Source: Convolutriloba macropyga
Taxonomy: Eukaryota
DNA: 64,000 bases
Assembly: GCF_964194025.1 (NCBI RefSeq)
Contig: NC_134469.1
Span: 82,088,001 to 82,152,000, forward strand
Reading direction: 5' to 3'
Shown here: positions 54,340-64,000 of the stretch, piece by piece
Position numbering within the stretch: position 1 is the first letter of the stretch
How the letters are laid out: every line of letters starts with the position of its first letter
Notes under the pieces: model-generated
Told to the model about the DNA's origin: nothing
The model's database searches: none
Seen by the model: only the letters and a program-made list of their open reading frames with translations
Position numbers and translations under genes: made by a program

Positions 54340-54927
54340 TCACTCCAAAATCAACGCACAATTATTTTGTCTGTATTGTGTGAGTCTAAAGAAGCAACGA
54401 AACAGAAGTTCCAGAGCATGTCCTAAAACCTCAAAGCGAACGGAAGAATTAAGAGCCCTTAGAAGTTGTCAATAAAAAACAAACAAAATATAGCGGGAAT
54501 ATTGCCAGAAAATATCCCGATAGCTTTGTATATCTGCAGTCTCGAAAAAATAGTGAAAAAGCCGACTGAAAAATAAATTTCTTTTCATTCAGTGCTGAGA
54601 TGTTAAGTTTTGATTGGAGTTTGTATAACTTTTTGCGGCTTCCTATTGCTCTTAAATAGCCCTCAATTAGAGACACACAATCACTTGGCCTTATCTCCTT
54701 GAATTAAACAGAGTCAATTTGAGCGTGAGAAAGTAATTTTTGAGAGTGAAGTAAGTCACGTGCGACAAAAACTTAATCATGCAAATGAACACAAACTCGA
54801 TCCACTTAGAAAAGTGTCACACACGCATTTCAGTCAAAACAGCATGAACAAAAAGCATATTTGAAGTGATTGTGACGTCATATGGTCGTAACAAAAATCT
54901 GGACGAGGACAAAAAACAACAACATAG

Positions 54928-55467
54928 CCGGCAGATTGCCGGAAAATAGCCGCGATAGACGCTCGTGGCCTTCCATGAATTGAAACACCTAAAGAAATAA
55001 GATAGACAGATCGACCACCAGTCCTTTAATAGACCACTAGACTTTTTGGGTTAGCTTCGGACTGTCAATTTTTGACACATACGTTCTATAAGGAAAAAGT
55101 CCTTAAAGAGCTATTTCAAAATTGATATTCGAAATCAAAAACTCAAGACTAATAATCACGAATTAGGGCATATAAGATTGGCACTACTTAGATGCACAAT
55201 ATTAACTAGTAAATCTTCATAAAAAATTAAATTCCATAAGTGAGTTCAGAAGTAATTTTTTTGAGTGAGGTAAGTCACGCAATTGACCTAAAAGCAGAAA
55301 CAACGTCACGTACATAAATTTTAACTGCAAAGCAATAGAAGTCACTGAAGTCAATTCCAAGAAGTCAATTCCAAGAAGTCAGGTCGTAAGAATCATCGAT
55401 GGAGACGACGAATTAAAAAAAACCACGATGTCCCCAATAATAGCCGCTATCGCTTCGCGGCTATTAA
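54928..55467 (-). mobile_element. HINE family 2 full copy
   Basis: ccggcagattgccgg plus aatagccgcga ... aatagccgc..tcgcggctattaa. Confidence 0.75.
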
Positions 55468-55640
55468 AAACCAATAGTAACTCCAGCTATCTCTTTGCGG
55501 CTATAAGATAAGCTTTACATAGCTTGATAAGAAACTCTTCTTGTTCAAAGTATAATTGTCTAGAGAAAAGAAGCCTCGAGGAGCAAGAACGAACATGACA
55601 ACGGGTTATAAGAGATGTCCAACTTCAATCGAGATCTTAA

Positions 55641-55713
55641 GACCAGTTGGGGTAATGCTTAGCACACTAGGCTTGCAAGTAAGAGATGCTGGTTCAAATC
55701 AAGTACTGGTCCA
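55641..55713 (+). pseudogene. tRNA-Ala(TGC)-like pseudogene or SINE head
   Basis: Acceptor stem GACCAGT/ACTGGTC; loop CT-TGC-AA; T loop GGTTCAAATC; D and anticodon stems degraded. Confidence 0.6.
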
Positions 55714-56029
55714 TTCGCACAGTAGCTGCACCTCTTAAGACCCGCATCAATTGTTATTCATAAAGCTTAGCCGTCGATCCAACACATTTTTGTTGAAATA
55801 AAGTCAAGCAATGATCCACAAGTGACCTTTCAAAAGCAAGGGGTTAAATATCGATTAGCCCAACATTCAGTATGTAGTAGAAGAAGGCAATAGGTGCTTC
55901 AATTGAGTTATCAGACTTGGAACACTAGTAAGATTCATGGTGGAAAAACCAAAACCGCTTTCGGTGTGCCTATTCTGCGAATTCTAGTAGTAAACAGCCA
56001 CCACTTTTTGACCTGCTTAAAGTGTGAAC

Positions 56030-56181
56030 AGGAAAGCAATTTAGATCACGCAAAAATCAAGATGTCAAGCGTGATAAATAAAAGTCGCACGAAAAATCAA
56101 AAATTGTCAGACAAAAGATTTTCATAAAAACGCCACAAAGGACTTCAATAGTTGATACGGACTTTGTTCGAGAGCAATTAA
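56030..56181 (-). mobile_element. HINE family 1 terminus within the HRI intron
   Basis: gttcgagagcaattaa at 56166-56181, with family body tttagatcacgcaaaa..gtcaagcgtga. Confidence 0.75.
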
Positions 56182-56211
56182 CAACGTGAATATTATAACT
56201 GGAATAGAAAC

Positions 56212-58150
56212 CTAATATTTCATCCGCAGATGGCCTGACATTCGGATCTACCGAAACTAGTCTCTCGATCAGATTGCAAACATCGGACAGTCGTGTCTTC
56301 AAATCGGAGTCTGGCACGATTCCTTTTCGTTTGAGCTGCTGAATTGTCTTGGCCCTTTCCATCGAAGTCGCGAAAGGTTGGTACAATTCAAACAGAATAA
56401 TTCCCAAACTGAAGATGTCCACTTTCGAAGAGTAACTTCTGGTTCCGTCCAGTAATTCAGGAGCTACGTATGGATACGACCCGATACCTTCAGAAAGTCT
56501 GACATCGTTTTTACGCACTTCTAATTGAATTGCATTTGAATTCCCTTGTCCAGGCGCATGATTGAACTCTTCTATAACTTGATCAATTCGTCGTGCCAGA
56601 CCAAAATCACCTATCCAAATCTGCAGTGATTTTAAGTCAATAAAAATATTCTGTAACTTTAAATCTCGGTGAACAATATTTCTGCTGTGTATGTAGCTTA
56701 ACGCGCTGGCAATCTGTTCTAGTATTCTCAAATTAGATTTGTGGCAGATAAGATTGCACGAGTTATTGAAATCCGAAACTTTCAAATTTCGCTGGGTCAC
56801 CCAGTACTTAAGATTAGAATCGTACAGCTGCATTTGTATAAACAAGGCAAAACAGCCCGTCATGTCCTGTCGACTTGAGTACTTTAAAGACGCAACGTCT
56901 AAACATTGTTTATCTAATCGCTTGTTGATTTTATTGACGTCGACAGCATTTGGGCAGCTAAAGGAGCGACTGAATGAAGGAGCGCTTCTCTGACGCCCAA
57001 ATGATGCGCTTTCGCCGCCATTTTCATCATCTTTTCTGTCCTTATTGTCAATTTCAAGACTATTATCAACTTTTTCTAATAAAAAGTGAGATTCTGTTGA
57101 GTCATTTTTAGCGTATGATTCGCTGTCACTCGAAGATTCACTGAGATCAGAATTTTCGCTTGCCCGCTTCTCCGAATTCTGAGAAGGATCTGCAAAACTA
57201 TCCGGAGCTATGCCAAAAACAATCCCTCCTTCCGATTCTGAAGAAATATCTTCCACACGAGCTGAAGGCAGGTCCGATTTTCCATGAGACAACTTTTCTC
57301 CCACGAAAGAAACATTGCTTCTGGCATTTGAGTTAAGCTCAGATGAGAACTCTGATGAATGCGAACAACAACTGGGTAACTTGGTTACATATTCTAGCCA
57401 GGCTGTATGGTAGCACACAATATTTGGATGCTTCAAACTAGCAATAACTCGCGCTTCTCTCAAAATTTTCAATTTATTATCATGCGAAAAATCTTTGAGA
57501 AAAATTTTCTTCACAGCATAGTAAGCGAGGTCAACTCTATTACGAGCTTTGTACACAACTCCGAACCCACCTTTTCCAAGTAACTCGAGCTCTTCAAAGT
57601 TATCCTCATATCTTGAAGCGTTCAAAAAATCTGTGAACCAGTTTTTTGGGAATGGCGTTGACAGAGTTTGCAAGTCTATAGCACTAGTTTGAGCACCGGC
57701 AATGGGAACAATGGCAGTAACTGATTTCCTTCCTTCCTGTATTATATTCCAAAAATTTTTTAGATAATGCTTTTGGAGAGGTTTCAACTGCTCAACTACT
57801 TCAAACACTTCAGGGAAAATTTCCTCATCGTGCAGCTTCTCCAGAATGACTTTAAGTAAAGTTTTTCGAGTGTTTTTATTTGACTCAACTTTGCATAAAA
57901 TAACTTCGAGTAATCCTACAAACAGAATACTCATATTCAGAGACCCAGAGGAGGCCCCGTTGTCTGTGACATAGTTTCGACGAAGAGCTGCTACGCAACG
58001 AGATCTTGCATGGCCATCTTCAGTATTTTTCACAACAGACGAGAATCGAACTTCCGATGGCTCACATACGCTACTTCTTTGCAATTTGAAACGCTCACTG
58101 GAACCAACATCGTCATAAAATGCAGAATGCAAGTCATTTCCTCCACTCAT
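56212..58150 (-). CDS. EIF2AK1: Heme-regulated-inhibitor-type eIF2-alpha kinase, coding exon 1
   Basis: SRYEDNFEEL, LGKGGFGVV, YAVKKI, LKHPNIVCYHTAWLE, long acidic kinase insert, LFIQMQL, HRDLK, GDFGLAR, YVAPE, FATSMER; HRI-like N-terminal domain with no signal peptide or TM segment; donor TTAG|gtttct at 56211. Confidence 0.92.
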
Positions 58151-58394
58151 GTTCTATGCATGCACTATTTACAATCTGAAAAAAGTTGCAAAACACTTTC
58201 GCAGTCGAAAGCCTCGAAATATCTTAACAACTCACTTTTATAGCCCGTCAGATTGAAAGCCAGGCCCACCAAACTATTTCTGAGCTTCAATCTGCAACTT
58301 AAGGCAGAATAGATGAAAAGGTTAAAAAAAACTTAGACTAAAAACATTTACTAAGGACTATTTTAATACCGAAAGTTTTTGAATTAAAAATGCT

Positions 58395-58763
58395 TCAATG
58401 ATGTGGTTTCATAATATATCTCAATCCGCAATAGCCACAACTGTGATCACCGGGTTTATCCAAATTAATGTACACTTTGGGGTGCCCCAGGGCAGGATTA
58501 CCACCATCACAATAAACGTGGTTGCCATCTATTTCTATCGGCGGAACCTCTGCGACCATATTGATGGCAAAGTTTGGATTGACCTGCTTTTCTTTCAGTA
58601 GAAATCGGGCCTGTCTGTTATCCTTGGGACCAAATTGCTGACTGGTATGTCCAACGGGCTCTTTATCACCAACTGAAGGCTTTACTCCGGCATTCGCCCT
58701 CAGAAAAACGGACCGCTGCAATGACCTTCCAGACAACTTTGCAGTCAAACGAATAGTAGCCAT
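58395..58763 (-). CDS. NDUFS6: NADH:ubiquinone oxidoreductase 13-kDa zinc-finger subunit (122 aa)
   Basis: Arg-rich mitochondrial presequence MATIRLTAKL..; HTSQQF..RF..KEKQVNPNFA; CDGGNPALGHPKVYINLDKPGDHSCGYCGLRY (zf-CHCC). Confidence 0.97.
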   Translation of the reverse strand: MATIRLTAKLSGRSLQRSVFLRANAGVKPSVGDKEPVGHTSQQFGPKDNRQARFLLKEKQVNPNFAINMVAEVPPIEIDGNHVYCDGGNPALGHPKVYINLDKPGDHSCGYCGLRYIMKPHH

Positions 58764-58989
58764 TGCAATCTTTAAATAAAATACACCAAACATCAATATT
58801 TTCAAAGCGCTTCCATGTTAGCGCCCTTAAGAACATAGAAAACCAACCATTCAAAGTAAAAAAAAAATAGAAATAGTCGGTTGTTGATGTGAATTTACAG
58901 CTCAGGCTGATGGGTCTCTTGCGCTCAAATGTCATTGGCGATGTGCAGCACGTGTCATGTGAACTGGCCGAAATGCCTTTTAGCCGACA

Positions 58990-59500
58990 AGTTAAGCAAT
59001 GTTACGTCGACATACAGAAAGCTTCTGATACAAAATCTCATAATACTCTTCTGAATAAGTTAGCAGATATTGGACAAGGACTTAAGTTCTTACATCTCTT
59101 GAACACTGCGCTAAACTGTGTCAACTAACCGTTCTCAAATTCAGCTCGAATCACGCACTGTGTACCACAAGGAAGCGTGCTGAGACTTCTATTGTTTACT
59201 ATTTTTATTATAGATCTACAACTTAACATCAAAAATGACTAATAAATTTTGTTAGTTTACGAATTTTTACACTCAGCTCGTCAAATTAATTCAGAGCGAA
59301 CTTGACAGTATCTATGCCTGAAGTTAATCGAATGGCCTTAAGATTATCCTACAAAATGCAATATACTGCCATTTAATTATGTCATTACTGATGATTTTTG
59401 TTTGGGTGAAGTTCTCTTACACATGGTTGCCTCTATCGTAGACTTGTGCTTAGCCATCTATAAAAACACCACCTGTAAATAGTCATATACAAGCAAAAAC
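58990..59500 (+). mobile_element. Decayed LINE RT fragment
   Basis: YVDIQKASDTKSHNTLLNKL followed by THCVPQGSVLRLLLFTIFIIDL. Confidence 0.75.
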
Positions 59501-59899
59501 AAATGAAGTCAAAACGTAGTAGTAGAAGACTTAATTCCTTCCAAATAAGGATTGAGAAAAACACATGCGTGACTTATGGACGACAAAATTTACAATAATT
59601 CTTGACAAAATAAGAACACGAATAGCTCATATCATAAAAAATGGATTTCAGGTAATTGATGAGGGAATTTTTCAGTTTTTCAATGGCATTTCAAATGAAA
59701 CGATTCTTTTCAATGGCATTTCAAAACAAATGCTCAACTCATGCCCATAGCGTCGTCATACAGACGGTAAAAACAATGGATTTATAGCAAAGGTCATTGA
59801 CCTAAGCAGAATCAAATAGCGGCTTATAGCAATTTCTAGTAAAATTAATAAAAAAATAGAGGGTAGTCAAGAATTGAGGGCGAGTGATTTATGAACACT

Positions 59900-61320
59900 T
59901 CAGCCTTCCTTCTTCAACAATTGCAGACACACAAATCTTCGGGTATGTATGACTTCTTGAGCATACATGCCCTGAGACATGAGACAGCGTCTAAGGGGGT
60001 GCGAAATTTACATTGGTTCGGATCATGTTGATGGTGTCTTAGTATCGTTTGTTTTTCTTGTCGGATTTTTTCGGCTAACAATTTCATGACATTGGTGGCG
60101 AAGGAGCCAGCACAACCAGTGCAGGCAAAACCTGCAGGATTCGAATAACTGTTTCTCAATTGCGATAATGCGTTTCTCAAATTTTAGTTTCGTTAGCTGT
60201 TGCTGATATGATTAGGCATCTTTGATGGTTTTGGGGCGTGAAGATGCGAGGGCGTTGAAAAGTTTGACATCGAAAAAGGTTCAAGAGAGTCCAGTTTCCA
60301 AGAGTCCATTCGCTTTGGTGTTCAGTCGAGCGTCGTCATTGGTGCTTGTGGTTTTGTTTCGAAAGGATTCTCCTTTAAGCGATTGAAGCTTTGGCTCTAT
60401 TTCGACGTCATGACAAACCTCGTTCCTGAAACTCGGATTTTGTTATAGCGAATGCTAGTGTACCCGCTTTTTGCATAGTGGAGGACATGCGTGATTTTGA
60501 GATTTTCACTAGAGGACTTGTACCTTGCTTTTTCGCTGATATCGTAATTGTAGTCTATCTCAAAACTCTAACTTCGTAAGGCAGAAATTGTAATTTTTGA
60601 GTGGCAGGGCATTTAGCCAGCTAGAAGTGCCTTTTTGTGAACCGCTTTCGAGGAAGTATTTCGTCTGTTGAAGCGTTGTTTTTTATCAGACTATCAAGCT
60701 CAGTTTTCTCTCCCTTAATTCGGGCCAGTTTTATATCCTCTTGCAAACGATTTTGAGCCCCGCCTGGGTAGGATCGTGGTTGTTTAGGGGATGTGAGAGA
60801 TCAATCAATTCGAAATAATCACGTGTATCTGCAGTCAATTTAGCTAGTTTCATCCCAACAAGGAGTAGGGGTAAGGATTAATTACTATGAAGGGTTCATC
60901 CGGGGTTGACAAGTTATGACTGATACCCCTTTCTTACTCAAATTTGTTTCCACGTCTGTCAGATTGTCGGTTATGCGATTGTTGTTTGGTTGGGGTATGC
61001 AAATTTTTGTTCAACTCCTTTGGTTAAGCAGCTGTAGACATTCTGCGGCGATGCTTCCGTTGGTGCATGAGGATTGATCTTTGAAGCTTCTTGTAGTCGG
61101 AGCTGATGGGCCTTTCTTTCAGAGAACAGCTCTTCTTCTTGTCTTTGGATCCACATCTGGAGTTGTCTGCTTGATCTCTATTGAAAAAACTGTGGTTGCT
61201 GTTCTTGGCACTGGCAGTATAATATGTGAAAAAAGCATGCCAGCGTAGAAGGCAAACTCTGCATAGTTTTTATCTCTACATTCGGTAGGAGTAGCTGATT
61301 CATGATATCCAAAAACTTAT
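59900..61320 (-). mobile_element. Second CRE-clade retrotransposon, decayed 3' portion
   Basis: SQKGTSSWLNALPL (~60620), DARL (~60330), FFDVKLFNALA (~60260), FACTGCAG..LLAEKI (ORF 59914-60180). Confidence 0.75.
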
Positions 61321-62117
61321 AACCTGTGTTGGTCTTGTGCACAACAAAGACATCTGCTTTCCAGTGGGCTCTGTCGTTTTAGTACTTTAAGATTTCGTTT
61401 TGAAAAGTGCTGGTGGGATATTGCCCTGAAAAGTTCAATGGGAAAAGGAGCGGTAGAGAATGTAAGTACTTGCAGATTCAGCGGAGTATTTCCTTGAGAA
61501 TTGACTGTAATTTTCACAGTGAAGGTTTAGATTCTAAAATTTACAGTCAAAAGTGATTGCCTAAAAAGAATTGAGACAATTACAAATTGAACTACTACAA
61601 TTTACGCCCCATTAGGTCATTCAAATAGCTTTTCTTGGTTTTAAACAATCAATGCAAGCACCAGAAAAAGAAAGCGTTCTAACAAAGTAACAACAAGCAG
61701 TTATTAGAACAGCAATTTATTATTTATAGGAATTTAAAATTTACTTTTTTAAAAAAAGAAACTGAGTTTCATTTAGCCAATGTCTTTGAAAGATTTGACA
61801 GTTAACACTAATAATAACAGTGAAGATGTATACAACCTAAAGGTTGGGGCACAAAAATTTGATGTCGAAGTATTTAATTTTTCAAATTGAAACTTAGCAA
61901 TATTTTTTTAAAACAAAGGGTTTTTGATCTTTACATTCAACCAAAGGTCAAAAATGTTGCAAAAATCTTTAATTAAAGTATAAATTGAAAAGGCTTTAGA
62001 AAAAGTTAGAAATGTCAATTAAAAACTAAATTGTCTTAAAAACAAACTTTTTCGAAAACTGCGTTCATTGTCAGGTTTAGTTAAAATTGATTTCACAATC
62101 AAATAAAGTTGTTTGCA

Positions 62118-62119
<2 letters not shown>

Positions 62120-62197
<78 letters not shown>
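62120..62197. repeat. (TA)n microsatellite
   Basis: About 38 TA units with one interruption. Confidence 0.98.
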
Positions 62198-62198
<1 letters not shown>

Positions 62199-62479
62199 TT
62201 AACTCTATCTGTAGATTTCAACGAAATGAGTTAAAAAAAGAACGACGATGTTTTTCAAAGTTAATAAAAGTAAAATGGACAGTTAAACGTTTGATTTTAA
62301 TTTAATACATCAAACAAGTTTCAATCTTTCAATCCTTTTTTCCGTAGTTTTTGCGAATGTCGGTTACGTTCTCAATTCCTGAGATGTAGTTTTTAAATCC
62401 ATTCCTATCTGTTGTTTTCCTTTATTTGTTGGAGTTGACAAAACTTTGACTAAACAATGATTTTTTGGATTTATTTTTC

Positions 62480-64000
62480 GTCGCTCGTGCTTAGTGGCGG
62501 CCTCAACTTTTTGATGTAGATAGCTTCCCTTGCTAACAGTTTTCAACCCCGCTACAAACATCGAGAATGTCTCATTCATTATTTTTTGCTAAACCACAAC
62601 ATTCAACGAGATGTTTTGCCCACAGCGTATTCTTTTTGTTCCAAATTTCTAGTGGTAATATGCCGGCTGGTTTGGCGAACATAATTGCATCCATTACATG
62701 TAACTTTATATATTACAAGCTATTTAACGTTTTTTCTTTCGGGGAGGCAACGGAATTCATAATTTTCTCGTCGTGAAAAAGATTTCATCAGTCTTCTCGC
62801 AAATGTTTGAGAGATGTTTTCCCTGCAATGAACATAAAACATCCGTTTAAGCTCGTTATTGTGGAAACTCTTAATTATTTTGAGTTGCTCTTCACTTTTA
62901 GGGCATTTTGATTTTACTTTTTTTTCTTTTTTATCCAGCGGCTCGTTAACAATACTGGAAGACTAAGTTGGATATAAATTTTCAGTCCAGATATCCTACG
63001 TTTGTTAATGGGCTACATAAAAAAATTGCCAATCACTGGTTGTATTGAAAAATCTATGTACGGTCCCATGAATTACTTTTTTTATGTTGTAACGGTGCAC
63101 AGCTACGAACATTTAGGATTACGCCGGTACCAGTAGATTTGTGATGCCGGCAACGGCTAATTTGTGTATCATCGTTTACGTTTTTATTCAGATCTAGAAA
63201 AGCCAAGTTTCCATCCGCGTTGTTGACTCAAAAGCGTGGGGTTGTTTATGCCTTTCCAGACAAAAGAGGTTAAACATCTGCTTTTGTTTGAGACTACAAT
63301 TCAAACAACTCAACCTAAATCGAAACCCAACTCAAATATCTCAACCTAAATCGAAACTTTCTGCACTGTTATACAATATAATTAGACTATTTATCACTTC
63401 CTGTGCAAATCTGTTATCATTTTCTTCAAAAGTTTCCTACTCTTGATTTTTTTTACTTCGGTCACGTTTTTTGTATCCCAAGAGTGTTTTTGCACTAACA
63501 CTAATCGTCCTTCTTGTGAGGTTTTGCAAATTTCGTTTTGCCATAAACAAAAAATTTTGCCCTATCTTTCAATCAAAAATATGGTTGTATTGAATTCTTC
63601 AGCCTGAATTACGGTCCCAGTATTTATCGCCCGTGCTGAGCACCGGTTTCAACATACTGATGTGAATATCGTCATGATTTTTTTCTACTATGCGACAGGC
63701 ATCAAGTATTTTTCATTCAATTCCTTTCGTGGAGCGTCAAAATTCACCAATGTGTTGAGCCAGATGCGAATCCTTCTTTTGATTTTCAAATATGCTGGTG
63801 GTGAAATGCCGGTTTTTGTGCCCAATATAGTTTGGTTGGCATCCAATACATGTTGTTTCATTAAAATTCTTTTTTTAATTTGTCTTGATTGTACGAATAG
63901 AATCAATTGTAAAAATCTGGATGTGTGTTGCAACGTAGAAAAAATCATGACGCCATTTACATTAGTGATTTGAGGCCGGGTTCATCACAGGCGGCGAAGA
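62480..64000 (-). mobile_element. Decayed Penelope-like element (RT plus GIY-YIG endonuclease), running off the window end
   Basis: DGNLAFLDL..HKSTGTGVILNVRSCAPLQHK..IHGTVHRFF (63230-63040); YKVTCNGCNYVRQTSRHITTR (~62710-62650); EAIYIKKLRPPL (~62520). Confidence 0.8.

Noticed and set aside
56057-56211. C-terminal part of the 697-aa kinase ORF as real protein
   Set aside because: It lies after a phase-compatible donor and runs into a HINE; the spliced exon at 53637 restores the kinase consensus
58764-58805. N-terminal extension of the NDUFS6 ORF (likewise 51810-51845 and 51411-51554 for REEP5)
   Set aside because: These stretches are UTR or intron sequence next to clear splice sites and use non-ATG starts
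58889-59128. ORF with LADIGQGLKFLH resembling kinase subdomain VIa
   Set aside because: The context (VDIQKASD..HNTLLNKL, then VPQGSVL) shows it is a LINE RT relic
62087-62305. ORF with a YIYIYI repeat
   Set aside because: It is a translation of the (TA)n microsatellite

Overview
AT-rich, repeat-dense genomic DNA from a metazoan (probably an invertebrate); it is not prokaryotic. Three intact host genes lie on the minus strand. They are NDUFS6 (CDS 58763-58395, no coding introns), an HRI/EIF2AK1-type eIF2-alpha kinase starting only 244 nt downstream (2 coding exons, 58150-56212 and 53637-53402), and REEP5/DP1/Yop1 (4 coding exons between 51809 and 37158, ending in KKDE). A probable decayed multi-exon kinase pseudogene lies at about 25.7-34.2 kb. 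The rest is nested mobile DNA. This includes an APE-RT LINE with a virus-like 2A motif (GDIEKNPGP) inserted into the central palindrome of a Merlin-like MITE, two CRE-clade retrotransposons, a Penelope-like element and several decayed LINEs. Two families of Helentron-type non-autonomous elements (HINE/DINE-like) are also present. The most unusual observations are three. (i) One HINE family carries a Pol III-like tRNA-derived cassette at a fixed internal slot, and the cassette differs from copy to copy. (ii) All of the roughly 20 HINE copies I found share one orientation. (iii) NDUFS6 and HRI are packed like an operon, and HRI has a tiny uORF overlapping its start codon. All calls were made by eye, and repeat boundaries are approximate.
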